From assembly GCA_037142075.1 (NCBI GenBank), contig JBAXBJ010000013.1, forward strand, positions 6,228-70,227: a DNA stretch of 64,000 nucleotides. Direction: 5' to 3'. The notes under the pieces were generated by a model. That model saw only the letters and a program-made list of their open reading frames with translations. It made no database searches and was not told where the DNA came from. Numbering within the stretch: the first letter of the stretch is position 1; each line of letters opens with the position of its first letter. This stretch comes from Bacteroidota bacterium. GTDB taxonomy: Bacteria > Bacteroidota > Bacteroidia > Bacteroidales > UBA4417. The translations under genes were made by a program, and so were the position numbers. Of the stretch, positions 49,258-58,111 are shown in pieces.

Positions 49258-50163
49258 TTAAAATTTAATTTCTTCAATAACCTCTTCTTTCAAATAATAA
49301 AAGGATGCATCATCAAGGTTGAATTCTATATTAACAATTGTACCAGGAAATTCATTTTGCATCGTTTTCGACATAATGTTACCTTTATTCGATTCCCAGT
49401 ATCCATCAGAAGAAACAATCTGCAGTTTGCCATTGTTCAGGCGTACAAACTCAGTTATGATTTTTAATCCTAAACCACCAGGTATATTGCCGGTTATGGG
49501 TTTTGTGGAATGATTCTCTTCAACTGCCCATTCAACTGCTTCTTGCCCTGTATAGGATACGTTTAAAAACGTGTTAACATTATTTTTAATGGTATTTCCC
49601 AGATCAACAATTGTAAAATCAATTCTGGGTGGAACCATTCTAGGGAAATATTGTCCGCAGCTATAAACAAATTCGCAACTTCCATGAAGAATAGCATTGC
49701 TAAAAATTTCAAAAATGCTTCGTTCAATTTCTTTATGAGCCAAAGGGCTGAGTTTAGGGAATTCCTGTTTTCCCAGGAGATCGTTCGATAAGAAATGATG
49801 TATCAGCTTTTCATCCGTTAACCTGTTTTTCCGGTATTTTATCGTTGTATTATTAAAGTCTTCTATCTTTTCGCCTCCAAAAGATGCCAGAAAATGATTT
49901 CTGCTTAGGATATCCCGCTGTTTGCCCGGGACGTTTTCGAACTTAATATTATTGAAGTTATCCTGTGCTTTGCTAAACAATGCTCCAAGAATGGCACATA
50001 GATTAGCTTCGAACCACGTATTGTCTTTAAAATCAAGGATAATAACGTCGAATAATAATTCTGATGACAACTTATTCAGGCTGGCCAAATAACTGTATCC
50101 TTCAAAATCACTACATACACGGTAGGGCAATTCAAAACGCATTTTTCTAAATATTTTGATCAA
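49258..50163 (-). CDS. GHKL-superfamily ATPase / putative Ser-Thr kinase (RsbW/SpoIIAB-like) with an N-terminal STAS-like segment
   Basis: 301 aa. N-box ERSIFEIFSNAILHG, G1-like IVDLGNT, G2 GNIPGGLGLKII. The N-terminal VIILDFKDNTWFEANLCAILGALF resembles the DUF4325 core. A possible own promoter CAAATGTA (reverse complement TACATTTG) lies at 50165-50172, which would favour the start at M8 (50142). Confidence 0.7.
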   Translation of the reverse strand: MIKIFRKMRFELPYRVCSDFEGYSYLASLNKLSSELLFDVIILDFKDNTWFEANLCAILGALFSKAQDNFNNIKFENVPGKQRDILSRNHFLASFGGEKIEDFNNTTIKYRKNRLTDEKLIHHFLSNDLLGKQEFPKLSPLAHKEIERSIFEIFSNAILHGSCEFVYSCGQYFPRMVPPRIDFTIVDLGNTIKNNVNTFLNVSYTGQEAVEWAVEENHSTKPITGNIPGGLGLKIITEFVRLNNGKLQIVSSDGYWESNKGNIMSKTMQNEFPGTIVNIEFNLDDASFYYLKEEVIEEIKF

Positions 50164-50251
50164 TCAAATGTAGTTATTTTTACCTGATTCGTTCTTATTA
50201 TAGACAATTAAGCAATATCAGTATGGTAATGCATTTGTCTTATTCCCAATT

Positions 50252-53200
50252 TCAAAGATACTTCTTCATTACCGCTTGTTTCTGTTCTGTGGCGCCACTA
50301 ATAACTACCTCGCAATCCACAATTTTTTGCTCTAAAATTTCTATCTTTTTAACCAATTGAGCTTGTTCTTTTTGCGAGGGTACAGGGATTTTATAGCTTT
50401 CATAAAATGATGCGGGAACTCTTCTGTGACCGCTTGCTCCTGTAAAGTTCTGTTCTGCCTCTTTTCTCACTTTCTCACGGTTTAACATAGAAAACAGGTA
50501 TTTGCTTAAGACCTCTCCCTTTGTTCTGATAACATGAAACTCGGAACTTCCCATCGCAATACCATTTGTCAAACCTATTGCCAGAGCACACTTTCCGTTT
50601 TCCATGCACGGAGTTATCTTCGCAATAATAATATCATTATCAGCAAAATAAGTGTAACTGCCTTTTTTTAATTCTTTTAATGGTCTGTCTGTTTTAAAAA
50701 CTATATATCCCCTTTCGCTTACTGAAGCCATTTCAACAAATGAAACAATAGTATCTTCATCTACCTTTCTGATTTCGGTTTTAGAAGGATTAATAAAGGC
50801 TATCTCCGAAATTTTCTTTTCAGGAGCGTTTTCAAATTCGGCTTCAACCAATTCCTCAATTTTCCTTTTTGAATCATCAATTTCCTTTTTTGCATCAATT
50901 GCGGTATTATAAATTGTCTCACATTCAGAGACGATTTGTTGCTGAACTGATGGAGGTGGTAATGGAATCCGAAAGTTTGAAAGTTCAGTTTTTGATACTT
51001 CTTTAAACGTCATTCCTCCTGCTAATGCAGCAATATCCTCAGAATAATATTTAAGAGCTTCGTACAGAAATTCATGTTTTATTTTTGACTCATCACAAAT
51101 AAAGTTTTTATATCCTTGATTCGTTGATGTTTCAACTTTTGCAATGGAAACTTCTCCAATAGTAGCACGGCTCGAAAAAATCACAGTATTGACCGGCAAT
51201 AATTTTGCACTACTGTTTTTTAAACCGTCACTCGTTATCTTTCTTTGAGTTGAGTAGAGATATCGTTCTTTTGTATCAACTAAGGTTGCCCAGTTTATTT
51301 CCCCATCCCAAAATTTTGGCTCAACTGAACTTGGCGTTCCTCCTGATTGAATTTCAGCTATTTCTCCCAATTTCACAAGGTCCCATTTAGATTCAATGAC
51401 AAAATTTTTCTTTGGTGTTAGCGAAATTGCCTTGTTGATATCCTTACGCGAAAAATCAAGAAGATCTTCCAATTTTGCAATTGTAACAAAGGCTTGTAAT
51501 TCATCCGGAATATTTGAGAGCAAACCTTGATAATTCTGTTGAATAAGGAAGTTTATTTTATTGGCATTGCTACGGTTTAGGGGATCGAACATGGGTGTTA
51601 CAATATCATATATGGTTTCGCCGCCATTGTATTTAATGCCCTCGCTGCCCTTTGCACCGCTCCACTCATAACCCAAAAACTGCTTTTGTTCTTTATTTTC
51701 TGATGGGCTTTTCACAATCAGCACTTTTTGCGAATTGCTATCTGCCAGCATAAAGTAATAGAGCTTGCTTTTTTCGATATCAAGCAAGTATTTTAAGAAT
51801 CGTTTATCCAGCTCAACTTGCTGTTCGGTTTGCAACCTAATTCGTCGTCCTGCTATGTCGGACTGCACTAACCGTTGCAAATCAGCTTCTGAATACTGTG
51901 TTTTATCCTCCTTTTGCTTTTTTCGCAATTCCGTTAAAATGGTCTTAGGCAAGTCAACTAATTTCTTTCTAAAGCTGTCTTTAAGGTTGATTATTTCGGT
52001 GCTTTTGTCAAAATCATGGGTATAGTCCTTAAACATTTCATACTGTAGCAATACCGTTAACTTGCTTATAGGTTGTGTATTGGCAACAAGCAGCAACCTG
52101 TAATCATCAAACGGAATATCAATATGCTTACAATATCTTTTCACCACATCTATGTCTAAGTATGCTCCCCCTCCCGATTTCTCTTCATCAGCCCAATTAT
52201 CAAAGAAATCTAGAGTCCGGTTCCAGAAATGAACGGCAGGTTCCGGGAGTTGGGCTTTTCTCTTGAGAAACAAAATAACAGTATTGGTTCCGGTTTTACC
52301 AAACGTACCACTTCCCAGTTCAACAATACTTACAAAGTCAAAATACTTTAAGAGTATTTCACGTGTTGCAATATGCATGGTATCCGAATTGGATAGTATT
52401 GAGCTAGGCACTATAATTCCGGCCACTCCATTACCGGCTAAAAGCTGTTTTGCCCGCTCCAGAAAGAAACATTGTATATTCTTATTGCCAAGATCCGAGA
52501 CGGTATCTAGAAGTTCGTATTTTTCCCGTTCTGTATCTTCCAGAGTCATTAAAAAATCCTCAACCGCGAAAGGAGGATTGGCTATCAGCACATCGAAATT
52601 GTCATTTTTTATTTTTGGATGGGTTGCTAAAGCATCGGAGTCAATGATGTTAATTTCTTCATGCCCATACATAAATGCCGAAACTTTAGCCACTTTGGCT
52701 AAGCGGTCTTCTTTTTCAATTCCATAAATGTTTTTATAATACTCCGAAGGTTCAACTTGTTTGTACTGCTTAACCAAAGGCTTTATTTGCAAGGCATATT
52801 CGGTAAGGAAATGGCCTGCGCCGCATGCATAGTCAATCACTTTTAGTGTTTCGTTGCTTTTTTCGAGCTGGCTTTCCAAAGGAAGCGACATAACGATAAA
52901 TTTACAAATCGGAATTGGAGTGAAGAATTGCCCTTCTGTTTGTTTTATGCCGTTATCTAAAAAGTATTCAAACATATCGCCCAGTATCTGGTGTTGCTCA
53001 TTTGTTTTCAGGCGTAAGCCCTGCCACATTTGAATAATCTCCAGAAGGACTTTGGCATTTTTATTAAAATACTCTTTGTTATGCACCTTTATAAAATCAA
53101 AATCAAGTCCTTTATAAAATTTCAACTCCCTGAAAATCTCCTTAATCCTTTGTTTGGTTGCATTCCGTTTTTGCTTTACCGCCCAGAATGCGTCGTCAAT

Positions 53201-54202
53201 CTCCTTAGTGCTTACATATACGATGTCCTGGTGCAAAAACTTACCCATTCCAATTTTGTAGAGTTCCTGTAACCTGTCGACAAGGTCAAAATAATTATCA
53301 TAGGCAATACCCTTCCAATAAAACTTGAGCTCAGCTGAATTTTCAATTTCATCTACAATCTTGCAAAGAAACAGGTTCACTAATACTTCAAAGGCATTTT
53401 CGCGTCGTGAAACATTATATTTTCTGAGTATGGTGCGAAATTGGTGATACTTGCCTTTAATGTTCAGGGTATCCAACACTTTTGTATCGATGGCAAGCGT
53501 ATACTTATTCTTACCAATCTGGTATGCCTGTATGTTTTCCTCGAAAATTCCCTGTTCTGTTGATTCCAGTTGATATGTATCTTTCCAAGCTTTAAACCGT
53601 TCCTTTACATTCTTAGCATCTTTGAAACTTTTAAGTTTGGGATCATCCGTTAATATTATTTCGTTGTCCTTATGCGAAATAATCCGGTGTTCAATATTTA
53701 TTGTGTTTGTCTTCTCATCAAAATCAGAGGCATAGAGACATACAAATTCAATATCTTTTTCCTGTTCAATATAGGAGAATACCTGAGCACCATCCACCTG
53801 GGTATCTTTCCAGGCATTTTCAAACTCACGTCCTGCCGTTTTGCACTCAATTATCAAAAGAGGTTTGTTTTGTTGGTCTCTTACAAAAATATCAGCACGC
53901 CCACCACTTGGTCCATGTCCAACTTTCCATTTAGGTTCAAGTTCTATATGTTCAGGCTTATATCCTTTACTAAATAAACGATGAACGCATTCGAAAACAA
54001 CAAAATTTTCAAAAGAAGCAAAGTTGCAGGTTTGCCGTTCATTTATTTTAAACCCTTTATCTTCAGGATAGATAAGCTCATTCGTATTGTAATCGGCTTT
54101 CAAATAAAAATCTCCCTTAGGAAAATGCTTAGTATAAACATTACTTTCTAACTCAAAACCGAGTGATATCAATAGTTGTTTAAAAATCTCTTTGTTTATC
54201 AT
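50252..54202 (-). CDS. single-chain Type IIB-like restriction-modification-specificity enzyme (PD-(D/E)xK nuclease + gamma-class N6-adenine MTase + two HsdS-type TRDs)
   Basis: 1316 aa. Nuclease motif D104...E119-C-K121 (GGRADIFVRDQQNKPLLIIECKTAG, nt 53840-53893). MTase motifs: QFFTP (aa 425), motif I VIDYACGAGHF (aa 455), motif IV NPPF (nt 52568-52579). Two HsdS-like target-recognition domains with conserved spacers lie at aa ~935-1316 (WDLVKLGEIAEIQSGGTP...; ISEIAFINPSK...). Confidence 0.85.
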   Translation of the reverse strand: MINKEIFKQLLISLGFELESNVYTKHFPKGDFYLKADYNTNELIYPEDKGFKINERQTCNFASFENFVVFECVHRLFSKGYKPEHIELEPKWKVGHGPSGGRADIFVRDQQNKPLLIIECKTAGREFENAWKDTQVDGAQVFSYIEQEKDIEFVCLYASDFDEKTNTINIEHRIISHKDNEIILTDDPKLKSFKDAKNVKERFKAWKDTYQLESTEQGIFEENIQAYQIGKNKYTLAIDTKVLDTLNIKGKYHQFRTILRKYNVSRRENAFEVLVNLFLCKIVDEIENSAELKFYWKGIAYDNYFDLVDRLQELYKIGMGKFLHQDIVYVSTKEIDDAFWAVKQKRNATKQRIKEIFRELKFYKGLDFDFIKVHNKEYFNKNAKVLLEIIQMWQGLRLKTNEQHQILGDMFEYFLDNGIKQTEGQFFTPIPICKFIVMSLPLESQLEKSNETLKVIDYACGAGHFLTEYALQIKPLVKQYKQVEPSEYYKNIYGIEKEDRLAKVAKVSAFMYGHEEINIIDSDALATHPKIKNDNFDVLIANPPFAVEDFLMTLEDTEREKYELLDTVSDLGNKNIQCFFLERAKQLLAGNGVAGIIVPSSILSNSDTMHIATREILLKYFDFVSIVELGSGTFGKTGTNTVILFLKRKAQLPEPAVHFWNRTLDFFDNWADEEKSGGGAYLDIDVVKRYCKHIDIPFDDYRLLLVANTQPISKLTVLLQYEMFKDYTHDFDKSTEIINLKDSFRKKLVDLPKTILTELRKKQKEDKTQYSEADLQRLVQSDIAGRRIRLQTEQQVELDKRFLKYLLDIEKSKLYYFMLADSNSQKVLIVKSPSENKEQKQFLGYEWSGAKGSEGIKYNGGETIYDIVTPMFDPLNRSNANKINFLIQQNYQGLLSNIPDELQAFVTIAKLEDLLDFSRKDINKAISLTPKKNFVIESKWDLVKLGEIAEIQSGGTPSSVEPKFWDGEINWATLVDTKERYLYSTQRKITSDGLKNSSAKLLPVNTVIFSSRATIGEVSIAKVETSTNQGYKNFICDESKIKHEFLYEALKYYSEDIAALAGGMTFKEVSKTELSNFRIPLPPPSVQQQIVSECETIYNTAIDAKKEIDDSKRKIEELVEAEFENAPEKKISEIAFINPSKTEIRKVDEDTIVSFVEMASVSERGYIVFKTDRPLKELKKGSYTYFADNDIIIAKITPCMENGKCALAIGLTNGIAMGSSEFHVIRTKGEVLSKYLFSMLNREKVRKEAEQNFTGASGHRRVPASFYESYKIPVPSQKEQAQLVKKIEILEQKIVDCEVVISGATEQKQAVMKKYL

Positions 54203-54232
54203 AATCCTTAAATATTCAGATCCCTAGGTTCG

Positions 54233-54240
54233 CAAAGATA
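54233..54240 (-). promoter_or_regulatory. TAnnTTTG -7 element (TATCTTTG on the minus strand) upstream of the R-M-S gene
   Basis: The plus strand reads CAAAGATA, 31 nt upstream of the ATG at 54202. Confidence 0.45.
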
Positions 54241-54320
54241 GCTAAACAAGATGTTTGGGAACTCTTATTTTTAATGCCTATCAACAAAAAATCCCCGCCA
54301 CCTCTCAGCCGCAGGGATTT

Positions 54321-54411
54321 CTCCTTTCTCCTTACTCCTTACTCATCTCTCATAACTCCTTACTCATCTCTCACAACTCATCACTCATCTCTCAAAACTC
54401 CTTACTCACTC
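54321..54411 (+). repeat. 13 phased heptads CTC-N4 (CTCCTTA CTCATCT CTCATAA ...)
   Basis: Read directly from the sequence as 21-mer super-units CTCCTTACTCATCTCTCA[TC]AA. The stop codon of the 54402-55334 gene lies inside the array. Confidence 0.9.
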
Positions 54412-55334
54412 ACCAAATCAACCACCACGTTACACAATTCGCCGTCAACCACATTTATCGTTTTAACCTGTGTAACATACCCAAGTTTACTAATGGTAAG
54501 TTTGTAATTACCTTCGGGCAATGTTTTAAGGGTGAAATTGCCTTTGGCAGCAGTGCGTTTCATAAGTTTAGCTAATTCGGAGCCGGTTTTTATCCTGCCG
54601 TCGTCCGCTAATATTATCAGCACATCCGCGTTCGGTATGCCTTCGCCTGTGGCAGCATCTTTAACCAGGCCTTTCAGTGCAAGCGTGCCTTTTCCTGTAA
54701 CAACAACTTTACGCAGGTTTTTATACGATTGGAAGAATACAGGGGTGCCGACTTTTTCAAGTTCAACCAGTGCATCCATCTTATGTAAAATAAGGTCGTT
54801 TTTCTTAAAAAAACCTTCAAGTGCAGCCGTAACCTGCTTTGTTTCGTCAATACCCAACTTGGGTTGTGGCACGGCTGCGGCATAGGCCGTTATGGCATCG
54901 CCCAATTTTGTAGTTAATTCAGCCGTAACGCCATAATCAACCAAATTTGCTGCATGAGTAGTGGCAAGTGTAACCACAGCCATAAGTTTAGGTGCTAGTT
55001 TGGTGTCGGCAAGCCTGCGGAGTTCCGTTTCAGTCACCTTTGCTTCCTTTATAAGCGTAGGGCTTTCCTCAATGGTAGCGTAAGCCACAATCCGCTTTGC
55101 CATATCAAGCCCGGCAACAATGGCTGCCTCACGCTTTATTTCCTTGGTGTCTGCCAGGCCACTTTTATCAACACCCTGCCTGGCAGCAAGGGAGACAATT
55201 TCAGTGCAGTTTTCCCTGAATTCGCAAACGTGCCGGTCGCCACCTGGCAAAGCCGTTACCGTGGCCGAGTTAGCGGTAAATAGTTCATCCAGTGTTTTGT
55301 ACGTGCTGTTTTTGCTTTCTTGTAGCTGGTTCAT
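54402..55334 (-). CDS. hypothetical protein with a C-terminal carboxypeptidase-regulatory-like (CarboxypepD_reg) beta-sandwich
   Basis: 310 aa with no signal peptide and a helical N-terminal ~220 aa. The C-terminal segment LKGLVKDAATGEGIPNADVLII...GNFTLKTLPEGNYKLTISKLGYVTQ is the typical CarboxypepD_reg pattern. Confidence 0.7.
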   Translation of the reverse strand: MNQLQESKNSTYKTLDELFTANSATVTALPGGDRHVCEFRENCTEIVSLAARQGVDKSGLADTKEIKREAAIVAGLDMAKRIVAYATIEESPTLIKEAKVTETELRRLADTKLAPKLMAVVTLATTHAANLVDYGVTAELTTKLGDAITAYAAAVPQPKLGIDETKQVTAALEGFFKKNDLILHKMDALVELEKVGTPVFFQSYKNLRKVVVTGKGTLALKGLVKDAATGEGIPNADVLIILADDGRIKTGSELAKLMKRTAAKGNFTLKTLPEGNYKLTISKLGYVTQVKTINVVDGELCNVVVDLVSE

Positions 55335-55562
55335 AGTCCGATTTTTTAAAAATGAATTAGTATATGAATTGGTATTTATTAAAAAGCGAAATAGAGTAAT
55401 ACAAATATAAAAATATTTCAGATGTTGAAAATAGCAGACGAATATTTTTTTTAAAATGTCAAAATATCAACAGTAAACAGAGCTTGCTCCCAGCCAAACC
55501 GTGATAGATTTTTATAAAAGGAGCTTAACTGAATTTAGGCTGCACCCGCTTTCAGATAAAAG

Positions 55563-55772
55563 GCGTTTGCTTGCTTGTAATCGGTGTTTGCTTGCTTGTG
55601 ATCGGCGTTTGCTTGCTTGTAATCGGCGTTTGCTTGCTTGCAATCGTCGTTCGCTTGCTTGCAATCGTCGTTCGCTTGCTTGTAATCGGCGATTGCTTGC
55701 TTGTAATCAGCGTCTGCCTGAATGTAATCGGCGTTCGCTTGTCCGCAATCCCCAATCCCCAATCCGCAATCT
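55563..55772 (+). repeat. 30 phased heptads = ~8 copies of the 21-mer GCGTTTGCTTGCTTGTAATCG decaying into CCAATCC heptads
   Basis: Read directly from the sequence. The array ends 16 nt before the stop codon of the GH3 gene at 55788. Confidence 0.92.
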
Positions 55773-55787
55773 CCTTGCGGCGCTTTG

Positions 55788-57932
55788 CTATAGTTCAATC
55801 TGTTCTTTTAGCAAGATATTGTCGGAAGATGAACCAATAAGTATTTCGAATTTGCCGGGTTCGAGCACCCATTGTTTCTTTGCCGGGTCGTAATACTGGA
55901 AGGCTCTTTTATCCAGGGTAACTTTCAGGGTTTTTGATTCACCTGCTTTCAGACTGGCTTTTGCAAAGCCTTTCAGTTCTTTCGTCGGGCGGGGTAATGC
56001 CGATTCCAAATCCCTTACGTAAACCTGTGCAATTTCTTTTCCTTCAAGGTTCCCGGTGTTTTTAATCTCGAATGAAACCACACAACTCAGTGGATCCGTT
56101 TTCTGTATTAAATCAACTTTGCAATTTGTGTATGCAAATGTGGTGTACGACAATCCGAAACCGAAGGGAAACAATGGTTTTACGTTTTTTGTATCAAAAT
56201 AGCGGTATCCCACCCAAATATCATCCTTATAATTAACAACACCATCTTTCCCGGGGTATTCGCCCAGTACAAAGGAAGGTGAATCTTCGAGTTTAAACGG
56301 CAAGGTATAAGAGAGTTTTCCCGAAGGATTTACATCACCAAAAAGCACTTCGGCCAGAGCCGTTCCTGTTTCCATTCCCAGGTAACTGGTATAAAGCAAG
56401 CCTTTCACATCCGATATCCAGGATCCCATTTCAACCTGGCTACCGGCAATCATAATCACAATTGTATTTGGATTGGCTTTTATCACGGCTTTTATGAGTT
56501 CATCCTGTCCAAAAGGAAGCTTCATATCGGGTTTGTCGTCACCTTCGCAATCGAGGCCAGGCTGGTGGTTCAAGCCTCCGAAAATCAGCACGGCATCAGC
56601 CAAAGCTGCCGTTTTTACCGCTTCTGCGATCAGTGACTTGTCTACGGATTTGAAGTTTTTGGATGCATTATACCCTTGCACAAAGTTGATTTTTACCGAA
56701 TTACCCAACCTGCTCTGTAATCCTTCGAGCGGGGTGATTTCGTATTTCGCCTTGATGATGGTGCTTCCACCGCCACGGGCATGTTTGCGCGTTGCATTAT
56801 CGCCAATTACAGCAAGGGTTTTGATGTTTTTCAAATTGAGGGGAAGAGCCTGCTTGTTTTTGAGCAGAATAACAGATTCCTCGGCAATTTTCAGGGCTGT
56901 TTTTGCCCGATCGGGTGTACCCAGCAGGGATGCCATACCGGTGGTGTCGGGTTCTGCTTTACCCATGATATTCAGCTTTAGCATTACATACAGAATTCGT
57001 CTTACTTTATCATCAATCGCTTTTTCGTCAACAGTTCCGGCTTTTATTTCTTCAAGCAGGGCCTGCCCCATGTAATAATCCTTTTTACCATCTATCGGGT
57101 ACATTTCAAGATCAAGTCCGCTGTTAGCTGCCTCCAAGGTGTTGTGAACGGCTCCCCAATCGGACATAACCAGGCCGCGAAAGCCCCATTCGCCTTTTAA
57201 AATATCCTGCAAAAGATAGGGATTCTGGCAGGCAAACCTGCCCCTGAATTTATTGTATGCACCCATTACACTCAGTACTTCGCCCTCTTTTACCGAAGCC
57301 TCGAAAGCAGGCAGGTAGATTTCGCGCAAGGCTCTTTCCGAAGCTTCAACATTGATGGTTCCCCTTTCGAATTCCTGGTTGTTCAAAGCATAGTGCTTGG
57401 CGCAAACTGCAATTCCTTTCGACTGTACCGCTTTTATATAATTCACTGCTATGCGCGAAGTTAAATACGGATCTTCGCTCATATATTCCCAGTTTCTGCC
57501 GTTGAGCGGCGTCCGGTTAATATTTAAGCCGGGAGCAAGCATAATATCTTTACCCCTCACAACTGCTTCTTCGCCGTACGCATTCCCGAATTCGGTCGCA
57601 AGCTCCGTATTCCAGGTGGATGCCAGCGATGTGAGCGATGGGAAATAAGCTGTGGCATCGTTTGTCCAGTTAGCTGACCCCCATCTGTCGGGCGCATTCT
57701 CCTCCCTTACGCCGCATGGGCCATCCGAAAGATGGAGTGCAGGAATGCCTAATCGTGGAATAGCCGGTGTTGTAAAATAGGTGTTCCCGTGAATAAGCGA
57801 AATCTTCTCCTGCAGCGTGAGTTGCGATAAAAGCTTTTCCACTTTTTGGTCAGTGGACTCTGTAGCTGTAAATGAATTAAGCATGACGACTGAAAATACT
57901 GCGAGCAGAAGAAGGTTGTGCCTGGTTTTCAT
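55788..57932 (-). CDS. bglX: GH3 family beta-glucosidase
   Basis: 714 aa with a signal peptide. GH3 N-domain motifs are present, including the nucleophile context GLVMSDWGAV. There is a C-terminal Fn3-like domain (EIAQVYV...P.KELKGFAK). Confidence 0.9.
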   Translation of the reverse strand: MKTRHNLLLLAVFSVVMLNSFTATESTDQKVEKLLSQLTLQEKISLIHGNTYFTTPAIPRLGIPALHLSDGPCGVREENAPDRWGSANWTNDATAYFPSLTSLASTWNTELATEFGNAYGEEAVVRGKDIMLAPGLNINRTPLNGRNWEYMSEDPYLTSRIAVNYIKAVQSKGIAVCAKHYALNNQEFERGTINVEASERALREIYLPAFEASVKEGEVLSVMGAYNKFRGRFACQNPYLLQDILKGEWGFRGLVMSDWGAVHNTLEAANSGLDLEMYPIDGKKDYYMGQALLEEIKAGTVDEKAIDDKVRRILYVMLKLNIMGKAEPDTTGMASLLGTPDRAKTALKIAEESVILLKNKQALPLNLKNIKTLAVIGDNATRKHARGGGSTIIKAKYEITPLEGLQSRLGNSVKINFVQGYNASKNFKSVDKSLIAEAVKTAALADAVLIFGGLNHQPGLDCEGDDKPDMKLPFGQDELIKAVIKANPNTIVIMIAGSQVEMGSWISDVKGLLYTSYLGMETGTALAEVLFGDVNPSGKLSYTLPFKLEDSPSFVLGEYPGKDGVVNYKDDIWVGYRYFDTKNVKPLFPFGFGLSYTTFAYTNCKVDLIQKTDPLSCVVSFEIKNTGNLEGKEIAQVYVRDLESALPRPTKELKGFAKASLKAGESKTLKVTLDKRAFQYYDPAKKQWVLEPGKFEILIGSSSDNILLKEQIEL

Positions 57933-58111
57933 AAAGATTTAGTTGTTGATTCTCCGATGATTATGTATGATAAGTTCGCTCATAAATGGACAAACAGATT
58001 ATGCTCAAAGTTAAAATATATTCTATTGACAGATTACGGAAAAGGAAACTTAGAGAGTATAGATATGCCAAATATTTTAATGTATTGATATTCAATAGAA
58101 TGCTGCTTCTT

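Noticed and set aside
48100-55790. Integrative element or prophage explanation for the island
   Set aside because: I could not identify an integrase, transposase, phage structural genes, a tRNA target or flanking direct repeats. It is treated as a defence/accessory island of unknown insertion mechanism.
55501-55893. Possible CRISPR array, or coding ORFs (LLACNRRLLACNRR..., ANADYKQANADYKQ...), over the 21-mer array
   Set aside because: The units are contiguous with no unique spacers, the repeat is only 21 nt, and no cas genes are nearby. The ORFs on both strands are translation artefacts of a tandem repeat.
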